Below are positions 1 through 10,419 of a stretch of DNA of 64,000 bases, piece after piece. Location of the stretch: assembly GCA_963816655.1 (NCBI GenBank), contig CAWFLW010000010.1:89512-153511 (forward strand), given 5' to 3'. Each line of letters begins with the position of its first letter. The stretch's first letter is position 1. The notes beneath the pieces were generated by a model. It searched no databases, was not told where the DNA came from, and was given only the letters and a program-made list of their open reading frames with translations. The DNA is from an uncultured Alphaproteobacteria bacterium (lineage in GTDB: Bacteria; Pseudomonadota; Alphaproteobacteria; Rhizobiales; Xanthobacteraceae). The position numbers were made by a program, and so were the translations under genes.

Positions 1-1
1 C

Positions 2-304
2 GTGTCGGTCTTTATGGCCGCGCATACCGTCGAAGTGCTCGTTTGGTCTTTGGCGTATGTGATGGTCGGGGCGGCTCCTCCAGGCACCGATTTCATCTAT
101 TTTGCCTTTGTAAACTACACGACGCTCGGTTACGGCGACGTGACGCCGATTGAGCGTTGGAATTTGCTTGGGCCAATGACGGCGATGAACGGCGTGCTGT
201 TGTTTGGCTGGTCGACCGCCGTCATTTTTTCGGTGCTGCGAAGCACCATGATAGCGAACCAGGCCGGTGAAGGCATGCGCGACAAGGATGCGCCTTCTGA
301 GTAA
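2..304 (+). CDS. Potassium/ion channel family protein (Ion_trans_2), 5' truncated by window edge
   Basis: YFAFVNYTTLGYGDVTP pore/selectivity-filter motif flanked by TM helices. Confidence 0.85.
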   Translation: MSVFMAAHTVEVLVWSLAYVMVGAAPPGTDFIYFAFVNYTTLGYGDVTPIERWNLLGPMTAMNGVLLFGWSTAVIFSVLRSTMIANQAGEGMRDKDAPSE

Positions 305-406
305 GGATCAGTTCGGATTTCTATCCTGATCCCCGGCAGCGCTGCAGCGCCATTGCAGGCCTTCTTTATTTGCCGCTTGCTTCAGCCGTGACGTGAGCTC
401 GTAGCA

Positions 407-1288
407 CTATTGGCTGAGAGGATTGGTCAGCTTCGGCTCGTTCGCCGGACGCTGCGGGAAGTTCGGCTGTCCGGGCGCCGGCGGCACAACGGATGGCTTG
501 AGCTTGGGCCTCGGCGGCTGGAACTCGCTGGCCTTGACGCCTTCGACGCTCGGCTTTGGTGCCGTGTCGGCCTTGACCGCGCCATCGGCCGGCAGCTCGC
601 TCTGGATCCGGTTCCTCGCCTTGTCCATCGGTGTGACCGTCGCTGTGGTCGCTGGCTTGATCCCGGCCTTGGCATCCGCTGCCCTGTTAATTTCGATCTG
701 CTTGGCGCGTGCGGCGGCAATGACGGCGTCTTCCTTGGCCCGCGCCGCGGCGGCAGGCGATGGCGTTGCCGCGGTCGTGGTTGCGGGCTTGGCAGGCGTT
801 GTTGTCGTCGCCGGCTTTGTTGTCGCTGCGGTGTTCGTCGTTGTCCCAGGCTTGGTGCTTGCCGTTGTCGTCGCGGGCTTTGTCGTCGCTGTCGCGGCGG
901 GCTTGGTTGCGACCGTCGCGGCAGGTTTCGTGGCGGCAACCGTCGCGGCAGGTTTTGCAGGTGCCGGCGTTGCGGGTTTTGCCACCGTCGCCCCGGTGTG
1001 GGTGCGCGCCACCGGCGCGGGCTTCGGCGCGGAGTGCACAACGGGCGCCGGCTTCGGCGTGGAGTGAACAACGGGGGCCTGGCGAACCGGTGCCGGTGCT
1101 GGCGCGGCCCGGACCGGCGCCGGAGCAGGGCGGGCCGCCGGCGCGGATGACGAACTGGAGCTTGAACTCGAAGAACTTGAACTCGACGAGCTCGAACTAC
1201 TCTTGCTGCTGGCGGCCTCAGCCGGCAATGACAATGCGAGCGCCGCCAGCGCCAGGCCGGCGGGCAAGATGATGCGTGTTGATGTCAT
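407..1288 (-). CDS. Secreted low-complexity Ser/Ala/Thr/Pro/Lys-rich hypothetical protein
   Basis: GGGGAG RBS before ATG 1288; signal peptide MTSTRIILPAGLALAALALSLPAEA; poly-Ser and KPA(T) repeats. Confidence 0.7.
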   Translation of the reverse strand: MTSTRIILPAGLALAALALSLPAEAASSKSSSSSSSSSSSSSSSSSSSAPAARPAPAPVRAAPAPAPVRQAPVVHSTPKPAPVVHSAPKPAPVARTHTGATVAKPATPAPAKPAATVAATKPAATVATKPAATATTKPATTTASTKPGTTTNTAATTKPATTTTPAKPATTTAATPSPAAAARAKEDAVIAAARAKQIEINRAADAKAGIKPATTATVTPMDKARNRIQSELPADGAVKADTAPKPSVEGVKASEFQPPRPKLKPSVVPPAPGQPNFPQRPANEPKLTNPLSQ

Positions 1289-1463
1289 GACGCTCCCCCA
1301 AGAAGCAAAATGCAGGTAACCGTGAGACGGCCAAAGCCGCATTGTTCTTGCGCAATTCTTCAAGTTGCCTTCGCATCTATAGACCCAAACAGACTGCCCA
1401 GCCATCGTTCTGCAGTGCAAAAGAATGCTTGGGGCGCGCGAGGCGCCCCGTTGGAGGTCCGGC

Positions 1464-2390
1464 ATGATTGGCTTGCGTGGGATTACTCTGACGATCGTGT
1501 GGTTGTTGGCTTCGGGGCTGGCGGCGGCTCAGTCCTGTCCGGGCGTCCGGATTGACACAGGGACGCAGGAACCGCGCTGCATTCAACCCGGATCAGGTGA
1601 GGTGTTCAAGGATTGTCCCGACTGCCCCGAGTTGGTGGCCGTGCCCGCCGGCGATTTCATGATGGGCGCCGCCGCGGGCGAGGTGGCGTCGAGCCAGCCC
1701 GAAGACCAGGTTCGGGTATCCATCGCCAAACCCTTTGCGGTCGGACGGTTTGCCGTCACGCGCGGCGAATTCGCTGCCTTTGTCGCGGCGACCGGTCGAA
1801 GGGTCGAGGGCGTTTGTTATCGTCGCGGCGAACACGGGAAAAATCCGCAGCACGACTGGAGATCGCCGGGTTTTGCGCAGGACGATCGCCATCCCGTCGT
1901 TTGCGTGAGCTGGCACGATGCAAAGGCCTATGTCGCGTGGCTCTCCTCGACGTCAGGCAAGCGGTACAGGCTGCTGTCGGAAGCCGAGCGCGAATTTGTC
2001 ACCCGGGCGGGCTCAACCACCGCGTTCTGGTGGGGCAACACCATTTCGACCGATCAAGCCAACTACGACGGACGCATTACCTATGCCGGCGGTCCGTTCG
2101 GCGAGTGGCGCAATGCAACCGTTGCGGTGGACGGCTTTCGGCCCAATGTCTGGGGTCTTTATAACGTGCACGGCAATGTGTGGGACTGGACGGAGGATTG
2201 CTGGAACGAGGCGAACAGCGGCAATCCAGGCGACGGGACCGCGAGGTCGAGCGGCGACTGCAACCTCCGCGTGGTGCGTGGTGCATCCTTCAACAACGCG
2301 CCCCACACGGTACGGGCTGCGAGACGTGATCGGGAGCCGGCAGGCAACCGCCTGGTCACTTATGGATTTCGTGTCGCCAGGGATTTTTGA
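1464..2390 (+). CDS. Formylglycine-generating enzyme (FGE/SUMF1-like) domain protein, secreted
   Basis: GGAGG RBS, signal peptide, motifs FKDCPDCPELV, HPVVCVSWHDA, RLLSEAERE, GLYNVHGNVWDW, RVVRGASF, GFRVAR. Confidence 0.9.
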   Translation: MIGLRGITLTIVWLLASGLAAAQSCPGVRIDTGTQEPRCIQPGSGEVFKDCPDCPELVAVPAGDFMMGAAAGEVASSQPEDQVRVSIAKPFAVGRFAVTRGEFAAFVAATGRRVEGVCYRRGEHGKNPQHDWRSPGFAQDDRHPVVCVSWHDAKAYVAWLSSTSGKRYRLLSEAEREFVTRAGSTTAFWWGNTISTDQANYDGRITYAGGPFGEWRNATVAVDGFRPNVWGLYNVHGNVWDWTEDCWNEANSGNPGDGTARSSGDCNLRVVRGASFNNAPHTVRAARRDREPAGNRLVTYGFRVARDF

Positions 2391-2425
2391 TCGGCATTTT
2401 TGATCGGCACAGACGTTCCGCAATG

Positions 2426-2456
2426 AAAAAGCCCGCGCAACAGGCGCGGGCCTTTT
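2426..2456. terminator. Bidirectional intrinsic terminator
   Basis: AAAAA-GCCCGCGC-aacag-GCGCGGGC-CTTTT between convergent genes. Confidence 0.75.
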
Positions 2457-2469
2457 CCTTCTTGGGGGA

Positions 2470-3485
2470 AGCGCGATCGCAACCGCGATCTTCACCCAGG
2501 TCGGAATGAACTTGGTCGCGCTGTCGAGCGAGGCCTTGTAGGTCCTTCAGGACCGTGAGCTCTTCCTTCGTTGAGATCGTTTTCCTTGTCCTTCATCAGG
2601 AAACGGATCGCTTCCGAGGTCAGGTACATGTCGTTGCGGGTGTTGCCGACGGCCTCGGCCGGCACCTTGTCGAGCGAGCCGTACTTGGCGACCTGATCGC
2701 GCGACGTCCTTCACCAGCACGGCCAGCGAAGGGTAGGTGCCCTCGCTGATTTCGCGCGCGACGACGTAGTTGCGTCACCGGCGGGCCGCGGGTCGCCGAT
2801 GACGCTGTGGCCGGCGCCCTTGGCGGCGATCACCTTGCGCGGCGGCGTCCGAGGTCGTCTGGAATTGCGACGACCTGCTGTGTCCGGCAACGCGCGGTTC
2901 AGCGCATAGGCGGTCGGCACCGTGCCGATCAGGATCAGCATGATCAGGCCCATGCCCTTCTGGCCGTCGTTGGAGCCGTGGGCGAAGCTGACGCCGGTGC
3001 AGGTCAGCGATCAGGACGCCGCGGATCCACCAGCGGCGGCGGCTTGCTGCCTTCCGGTGCTCGGCATAGAGCGCGGGGTTGCGGACGATGAACTTCAGCG
3101 CCAGCAGCAGGATCGCGGCCGCGCAGAAGCCGAACAGCGGCGACAGCAGCAGCGCGTAGCCGATCTCGGTCGCCTTGGTCCAGTCGACGCCCGAGGTGCC
3201 GTCGCGTGCCGTGCATCAGCGCGTTGGCGATGCCGACACCGATGATCGAGCCGATCAGCGTGTGCGAACTGGAGGCCGGCAAGCCAAGGTACCAGGTGCC
3301 GAGATTCCAGACGATGGCGGCGATCAAAAGCGCAAACACCATCGCAAAGCCCGCGCTGCGAGCCGACCTGCAGGATCAGTTCGACCGGCAGCAGCGAGAC
3401 GATGCCGAACGCGACCGCGCCGCACGACAGCAGCACGCCGAGGAAGTTGAAGAAGCCCGACCACACCACGGCGAATTCCGCCGGC
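2470..3485 (-). pseudogene. pitA: Internal fragment of an inorganic phosphate transporter (PiT family); heavily frameshifted and missing both ends
   Basis: Segments in several frames: [70 protein letters not shown]. Confidence 0.7.
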
Positions 3486-3611
3486 ACGAGCGGGCGGGCG
3501 CACGCGGTCGGCGCATCGCACGGTCCGGGGCTATTCAGCCGCGCAACGCGCCGACCTGATGGGAACGTCCAGGCGTCGGGGACGCCCCAATCCACGTGAA
3601 ATACGACAATA

Positions 3612-4316
3612 TCAATTATCAATCAAAGGTTGTAGTAAAAATATTGGGGTGTTTTGCCCTTGATCACAGGATTTTGCGCTTGGATTCCCGGCAAATCCGT
3701 CGCGTTGGATGCGCCGCCAGGTTTCCTCCAGCCGGTCGGGCTTCGGCGTTTCCATCAGGCCCGGCGTGATCGACACCGCATGCCCGTCCCAATGCGCGCA
3801 GAGGTCGGGTGTGAGGATCGACCAGGGCATGTCGGCAAAACGGTTGGCGAAGAACGGGGCCACCGCGGCAACAATGTGATGGTCGGGCTTGAACCAGGCG
3901 ACGTAATGCGCCTTCTGATCGCGGCCGATTTCGCGGAAACTCAGCAGCGTTTGCATCCGGTTGATGTCGCGATGCACTGCGTCTGCCAAAGCAACCGCAC
4001 GCGCCACGTCGGCATCATCAGGCGCAACGAGCAGATCGCGGTCGCGACGGAGCCGCCACAGCAGGCGATAGAGCAGGGCGAAGCGTGCGGGGTCGCGATG
4101 CAGGATCGCCGCGCGCGCCAGGCGGACGAATTTTGCCGGCACGCTGAACGCTTCCTGTGGCGAAGTGGCGGGGTGAGGCCGTTCTGTACGTTGCTGCCGG
4201 CTATCGCCTGTTTCCCACGTCACGCCCGACGGCGGGACGCCGTTTTGCACCAGCGCGCGGGCGGCGCGGCGCCAGCCGGCAAAGTCAGTGTCCTCCGCCA
4301 GCATGATGACGGGCAT
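3612..4316 (-). CDS. DUF4130/TIGR03915-family putative DNA repair protein (N-terminal domain only, no UDG domain)
   Basis: DFAGWRRAARALV, HRDPARFALLYRLLWR, YVAWFKPDHHIV, PFFANRFADMPWSILTP. Confidence 0.8.
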   Translation of the reverse strand: MPVIMLAEDTDFAGWRRAARALVQNGVPPSGVTWETGDSRQQRTERPHPATSPQEAFSVPAKFVRLARAAILHRDPARFALLYRLLWRLRRDRDLLVAPDDADVARAVALADAVHRDINRMQTLLSFREIGRDQKAHYVAWFKPDHHIVAAVAPFFANRFADMPWSILTPDLCAHWDGHAVSITPGLMETPKPDRLEETWRRIQRDGFAGNPSAKSCDQGQNTPIFLLQPLIDN

Positions 4317-4405
4317 GAATTTATTTGATTCCGTTCATGAATTGGACCACGTGCCAATCAACTGCCAATTCGGTTGACTCCCCGGGCCCTGTTAGCTTTA
4401 TATTA

Positions 4406-4420
4406 GAACATATCATGAAC
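4406..4420. promoter_or_regulatory. Alphaproteobacterial LexA (SOS) box
   Basis: GAAC-ATATCAT-GAAC (GAAC-N7-GAAC) upstream of imuA; TTGACT at 4374 is a possible -35. Confidence 0.9.
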
Positions 4421-4486
4421 AAATGAGCCAGCTTCTGGTTTCTCTCAAGAACCAAACTGGTCCCACTTTCAGGAGCGATGCGCATG

Positions 4487-4595
4487 CGCGCGCGATCAGC
4501 AAAAGTGTGCGCGGTTTTGCGTCCGATCGCGCGCTTCCTTTTGGAGGGCGCATGATCTTGTCGTCAAACCGCTCACACTTTGACGGATCATGCGC
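4487..4595. repeat. Inverted pair of GCATGATC...GATCATGC-type (RIME-like) palindromic repeats at the imuA 5' end
   Basis: GCGCGATC-agcaaaagtgtgcgcggttttgcgtcc-GATCGCGC followed by GCATGATC-ttgtcgtcaaaccgctcacactttgacg-GATCATGC; similar to copies at 17427, 30693, 57313, 63071. Confidence 0.75.
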
Positions 4596-5401
4596 TGCAC
4601 GCACGAACACGCTTGCGTCCCTGCGCGGCAGCATCGCGCGCATCGAAACCTCCGGCGATGTGCGCGGGCTCAACAAGGTCGCGCTCGGCCACACGGCGGC
4701 CGATGCGCTGCTGCGCGGCGGGCTTGCGACATCGGCCGTGCATGAGGTGTTCGCCGAAGGCCATCAAGGCGCGGCGGCAACCGGTTTTGTCGCTGGGCAT
4801 CGCGGGGCGGCTTTCATCGCGAAAGCCGCTGGTCTGGGTGCGGCAGGATTTTGCCGAAGTGGAATCCGGCGCGCTGTCGATGAGCGGCCTGATCGAGCTT
4901 GGCCTCGATCCGCGCTGTCTGGTCACCGTGCGCGCCGCCGATGTCGAGTCCGCGCTGCGCTCAACGGCGGACGCGCTCGCCTGCGATGCGCTCGGCGCCG
5001 TCGTGCTGGAAGTCTTTGGCGACCCGCGCCAGCTCGATCTCGTCGCCAGCCGCAAGCTCACGCTCGCCGCGCAAGCCTCAGGGGTCACTGCGCTGTTGCT
5101 GCGTGTCGGTGCCGCGCCTGTCGCCTCCACCGCCGAGACGCGCTGGATCGTGCGCGCGGCGCATTCGCCGCCAGCCTTGCCCTCAATGCCTGCGGCGCCT
5201 TGGAATGCCTGGGGCGCGCCGCTGTTCGACGCAGAGCTCCAGCGCAACCGTCATGGCCCGGTCGGGCGGTGGATCATGGAATGGAAATGTGATGAGTGCC
5301 TTTTCTCTGAACCGGCGGCGTATCCTCAGCCTGTGGCTGCCACGCCTGCCCATCGACCACATCCAGCGGCAGCTTTCCATCAACAGCGCCGCGCCGGGTA
5401 A
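4552..5401 (+). CDS. imuA: ImuA (RecA/SulA-like mutagenesis protein); one indel near 4790
   Basis: ARTNTLASLRGSIARIE...DALLRGGL...VHEVF in one frame, then LVWVRQDF...LGLDP...ASRKLTLAAQ...AETRW in the next; first gene of imuABC. Confidence 0.85.
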
Positions 5402-6884
5402 AATCCCCAGCGTCGTCGTCGCCAAAAATCACAACGCCATCCTCCTCTCAGCCGTCGACGACATCGCCGTGCGCGCCGGGCTCGGCATCGGCTTGCCGCT
5501 CGCCAACGCGCGGGCGATGTGCCCGGAACTCACGGTGTACGACGCCGACGAGGCCGCCGACCGCAAGACGCTCGACGACATCGCCGACTGGTGCGACCGC
5601 TTCACGCCGCTGGTGGCGCTCGATCCGCCGCATGGACTTTTTCTCGACATCACCGGTTGCGCCCATCTGTTCGGCGGCGAGGCAGCCCTGCTGCGCACGC
5701 TCACGACAGCGCTGACCCGCCAGGGTTTTGCCGTTAGCGCAGCCATTGCCGGCACCTCGGTCTGCGCGCGCACGCTGACGCGCTGCATGTCCGGCAAAAT
5801 CGTGGCCTGCGGCGAGGAGGCGGCGGCGATTGCGGATTTGCCGGTCGCTTCGCTCGGCGCTGACGAGGCGATCACGCGTGGCCTGCGCCGCGCCGGGCTG
5901 AAAACCATCGGCGATATCGCTTGTCGCGAACGCCACGAATTGTCGGCGCGGTTTGGCGCCACCTTCACCACATTGCTTTCACATGCGCTGGGCGAGGGCG
6001 ATGCGCCGATCAGCCCGCGCAAGCCGCCGCCCGACTACATCGTCGAGAAACGCTTTGCCGAGCCGGTCGCGACCGCCCCCGTCATCGCGCTGACCTTGAC
6101 GCAGCTTGCAAGCACGCTGGTGGCGGTCATGGACAAGCAGGGCAAGGGCGCGCGGCGGCTGGAGGCGGCGTTCTTCCGCACTGATGGCGCCGTGCGGGTG
6201 ATCGCGGTCGATACCGGCCTGCCGGTGACGCGGCCCGCCATCGTCGACCGCCTGTTCCGCGAGCGGCTCGAGGCGCTCAACGATCCCCTCGATCCCGGCT
6301 TCGGCTTCGATCTCATCCGCCTGTCGGCCAGCCGCACCGAGATCGTGGTGCAGCAGCAGCGCGATCTCGATGCCACCGTGCACGACAATGACGAACTCGC
6401 CGCCCTGATCGACCGCATCGCCGCGCGCATCGGGGGAAAGCGCGTGGTCGTGCATTTGCCGCAGGACACCCACATCCCGGAGCGCGCGGTGCTCGCCGTC
6501 CCCGCGCAGCATCATCTCGCAACAGCTGCGCAGGCGGCCTGGCCGGCGCGCGCCGAGGGCGAACCGCCGCTGCGCCCCTTGCGCCTGTTCGAAAAGCCCG
6601 AGCCCATCAAGGTGCCGTTCGCCACCGTGCCCGACGGCCCGCCGCACCAATTCACCTGGCGCCGCGTCACCCATGAGGTGGTGCGGGTGGAAGGCCCCGA
6701 ACGCATCGCCATGGAATGGTGGAAGAGGGGCGGCCACGCGCTGACGCGGGATTATTTCCGGATCGAGGACGAGGAAGGCCGCCGCTTCTGGATCTTTCGC
6801 GACGGGCTCTATGGCAGCGAGCTTGCCGATGACGAGGGCAGGCCGGTGCCGGCGAGCTGGTATGTGCATGGGCTGTTCGCATGA
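5292..6884 (+). CDS. imuB: ImuB, inactive Y-family DNA polymerase
   Basis: [65 protein letters not shown]. Confidence 0.95.
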   Translation: MSAFSLNRRRILSLWLPRLPIDHIQRQLSINSAAPGKIPSVVVAKNHNAILLSAVDDIAVRAGLGIGLPLANARAMCPELTVYDADEAADRKTLDDIADWCDRFTPLVALDPPHGLFLDITGCAHLFGGEAALLRTLTTALTRQGFAVSAAIAGTSVCARTLTRCMSGKIVACGEEAAAIADLPVASLGADEAITRGLRRAGLKTIGDIACRERHELSARFGATFTTLLSHALGEGDAPISPRKPPPDYIVEKRFAEPVATAPVIALTLTQLASTLVAVMDKQGKGARRLEAAFFRTDGAVRVIAVDTGLPVTRPAIVDRLFRERLEALNDPLDPGFGFDLIRLSASRTEIVVQQQRDLDATVHDNDELAALIDRIAARIGGKRVVVHLPQDTHIPERAVLAVPAQHHLATAAQAAWPARAEGEPPLRPLRLFEKPEPIKVPFATVPDGPPHQFTWRRVTHEVVRVEGPERIAMEWWKRGGHALTRDYFRIEDEEGRRFWIFRDGLYGSELADDEGRPVPASWYVHGLFA

Positions 6885-9800
6885 ACACATCCGCCTACGC
6901 CGAGATCGGCATCACCACCAATTTCTCGTTCCTGCGCGGCGGCTCCGATCCGCGCGCCTATGTGCATGAAGCCGTCCGCCTGCAGATTCCCGTCATCGGC
7001 ATTGCCGACCACAACACGCTCGCCGGTGTGGTGCGGGCCTACAAGGAGCTCGACAACTCAGCGCTTGCCTTCAAGCCGAAACTTTTGATCGGCGCCCGCC
7101 TCGTCTTCATCGACGGCACGCCGGATATCCTGGTTTACCCCCGCGACCGCGCCGCCTACGGCCGGCTCTGCCAGCTCCTGACCCGCGGCAAGCGCGGCGA
7201 CGACATCGAGCGGATCGAGAAGGGCGAGTGCCGTCTCGGACTTTCCGATCTCCTGGAATTCGCCGAAGGCCAACTGCTCATTCTTGCGCTGCCGCATCGC
7301 TTCGATCCGACGCAGGCGCAAGGGGTCTTGCAGCAACTGCGCGACAGTCGCGCCGACGGCGTGTGGCTTGCGGCAAGCCTGATCTATCGCGGCGACGACA
7401 GGCGACGCCTGGCGCGGCTGCATCGCCTGGCGATAGCTGCAAAGCTGCCGCTGCTTGCCACCAACGAGGTGCTGTATCACAACCCCGCGCGCCGTCCGCT
7501 GCAGGATGTGCTCACGTGCATCCGCGAGAAGACCACGATCGAGGCGGTCGGCAGGCGCCTCGAAGCCAATGCCGAGCGCCATTTGAAGCCCGCCCATGAG
7601 ATGGCCCGGCTGTTCCGTGATCTACCCGAGGCGATTGCGGAAACCATGCGCTTTGCCGGGCGCATCTCGTTCTCGCTCGACCAGCTCAAATACCAGTATC
7701 CCGACGAGCCGGTGCCGCCGGGCAAGACCGCGCAGCAGCATCTCGAAGACCTGACCTGGTCCGGCGTCGACCAATATTTCGGCGGCGTCATTGACGACAG
7801 GCTGCGCGCGACCTTGAACAAGGAGCTCGCCCTGATCGCCGAGCTGAAATACGCGCATTACTTCCTCACCGTGCATGACATCGTGCGCTATGCGCGCAGC
7901 CAGAACATCCTGTGCCAGGGCCGCGGCTCGGCGGCGAACTCCGCGGTCTGCTACGTGCTCGGCATCACCTCGGTCGATCCGACCAAGGTGGATCTCCTGT
8001 TCGAGCGCTTCATCTCCAAGGAGCGGCTGGAGCCGCCCGACATCGACGTCGATTTCGAGCATTCGCGCCGCGAGGAGGTGATGCAATATGTCTATCGCCG
8101 CTACGGCCGTCATCGCGCCGCCATCATCGCCACCGTCATCCACTACCGGCCGCGCAGCGCCATCCGTGACGTCGGCAAGGCGCTGGGGTTGACCGAAGAC
8201 GTCACCGCAGCACTCGCCGACACCGTGTGGGGGAGCTGGGGCAAGGGCCTCAACGAGATGCAGGTGAGGCAGGCCGGGCTCGATCCGCAGAATGCGATGA
8301 TCGACCTTGCGGTGGAGCTTGCCAGTGAACTGATCGAATTCCCGCGGCATTTGTCGCAGCATGTCGGCGGCTATGTGCTGACGCAGGACCGGCTCGACAC
8401 CTATGTGCCGATCGGCAATGCCGCGATGGACGATCGCACCTTCATCGAATGGGACAAGGACGACGTCGACGCGCTCAACATGATGAAGGTCGACGTGCTG
8501 GCGCTGGGCATGCTGACCTGCATCCGCAAATGTTTTGACCTGATTGATCTGCACAAGCAAAAGCGTTGGGCGCTCGAGACCGTCCCGCAGGACGACACAG
8601 GTGTCTACGACATGCTGTGCCGCGGCGAGTCGCTCGGGGTGTTCCAGGTCGAGAGTCGCGCGCAGATGAACATGCTGCCGCGCCTGAGACCGCGTACCTT
8701 CTACGACCTCGTCATCGAAGTCGCGATCGTGCGCCCGGGTCCGATCCAGGGCGACATGGTGCATCCGTATCTGCGGCGGCGGAACGGCATCGAGAAGCAG
8801 AATTATCCGGCGCCATCACCCGATCACGGTCCGCCGGACGAACTCTACAAGGTCCTGCACAAGACGCTCGGCGTGCCCCTGTTCCAGGAACAGGCGATGC
8901 GGATTGCGATCGAGGCGGCAAAATTCACGCCCGAGGAAGCCAACGGGCTGCGCCGCTCGATGGCGACCTTCCGCAATGTCGGCACCATCGGCAAGTTCGA
9001 AGACAAGATGATCGGCAACATGATCGCGCGCGGCTATGCGCCGGAATTCGCCAAAAACTGTTTTGAGCAGATCAAGGGCTTCGGCTCCTACGGTTTTCCG
9101 GAGAGCCATGCCGCAAGCTTCGCCCAGCTCGTCTATGTCTCGTCATGGCTGAAGCATTATCACCCCGACGCGTTCTGCTGCGGGTTGCTCAATTCCCAGC
9201 CGATGGGCTTTTATGCGCCAGCGCAGATCGTCCGCGATGCCGGCGAGAACGGCGTAGAGGTGCGCGAGATCGACGTGTCCCATAGCTTTGCGCAGAACAC
9301 GCTGGAGGAGGGCAGCGGCAAATACTGCGCTGTGCGGCTCGGCTTTCGCCAGATCGACGGCTTCCATTGGCTCGATGAGGATGAGGAGAGGTTGAAGCGG
9401 ATTCAGTCGTCATTCCGGGGCGCCGCCGCGACGCTGTCATTCCGGGGCGATGCGATAGCATCGAACCCCAATGCGCAATTGCGCATTGTGGAATCTCGAA
9501 TTCTCAGGTGCGCAATTGCGCACCGGAGTTCGTCGCTGGCGCGACGCCCCGGAATGACATGGAAATCGATGACTGGTCCTCCCGCATCGTCGCCGCCCGC
9601 AGCCGCCGTCCCTTCACCTCGCTGGAAGACTTTGCCCGTGACACCGCACTTCCGAAGCGTGCGCTGATCCTGCTGGCGGATGCCGACGCCTTCCGCTCCA
9701 TCGGGCTCGATCGCCGTGCGGCACTTTGGGCGGTGCGGCGGCTGCCTGATGACGTGCCGCTGCCGCTGTTCGAGGCGGCCATCGCGCGCGAGCAGCCCGA

Positions 9801-10383
9801 CGAGAACGCAAAACCGCTGCCCTCGATGCCGCTGCCCGAGCAGGTCGTCGCCGACTACCAGACCATCCGCCTGTCGCTGAAGGGCCACCCGATGGAATTC
9901 CTGCGCGAAAGATTTTCGCGCGAGCGCATCGTTGCCTGCAAGGACGTCAATCACAGGAACGACAAGCGCAGGGTGCGCTGCGCCGGCGTGGTGCTGGTGC
10001 GCCAGCGCCCGGGCAGCGCCAAGGGCGTGGTGTTCATGACGCTGGAAGACGAAACAGGGATCGCCAATATCGTGGTGTGGCCGAAGGTGATGGAGAAATA
10101 CCGGAAAGAAGTGATGGGCGCCCGCCTGATCCTGGTCGAAGGCTATATCCAGAGCAGCCCCGAGGGAGTGACGCATCTGGTCGCGCAACGCCTCACCGAC
10201 CGCTCGCATGATCTCATCGGGCTAGCCAACGACACCCTGTCCCGAAAACCCGCGGTGCCCACAGGCCCGGCGTTGATCGAGCCGCTGCACGACGACCGCC
10301 GCCAGCACCCGGAAAACCCCGCGCAAAAAATCCGCCACCCCCGCAACGTCCGCATCCTGCCGCCGTCACGGGATTTTCATTAG
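6881..10383 (+). CDS. dnaE2: Error-prone DNA polymerase DnaE2 (ImuC); apparent 1-nt deletion near 9500 inside an inserted repeat
   Basis: PHP domain [52 protein letters not shown] fold [21 protein letters not shown]-terminal SRDFH. Confidence 0.95.
9409..9558. repeat. GTCATTCCGGGGCG...CGCCCCGGAATGAC palindromic repeat inserted inside dnaE2
   Basis: 14-bp terminal inverted repeats (9436-9449 / 9545-9558), an extra left copy at 9409-9422, internal palindromes AATGCGCAATTGCGCATT and GGTGCGCAATTGCGCACC. Confidence 0.9.
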
Positions 10384-10419
10384 AGGCTCATCGCCAATCC
10401 CTATCTCGCCCGTCGTCTA

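Noticed and set aside
760-1110. Short tandem-like repeats as a CRISPR array or DNA repeat array
   Set aside because: They are degenerate codon-level repeats within a CDS, with no constant repeat/unique spacer periodicity and no cas genes.
410-1272. Long plus-strand ORFs (e.g. hydrophobic 423-1067) opposite the Ser/KPA-rich gene
   Set aside because: Antisense shadows of a GC-rich low-complexity gene; the minus-strand frame has the RBS and signal peptide.
1464-2390. FGE/CLec-fold gene as a diversity-generating retroelement target
   Set aside because: No reverse transcriptase and no template-repeat copy of its 3' end seen in the window.
9480-9560. Programmed ribosomal frameshift in dnaE2 stimulated by the hairpin
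   Set aside because: No slippery heptamer; one missing G restores both the repeat's internal palindrome and the reading frame.
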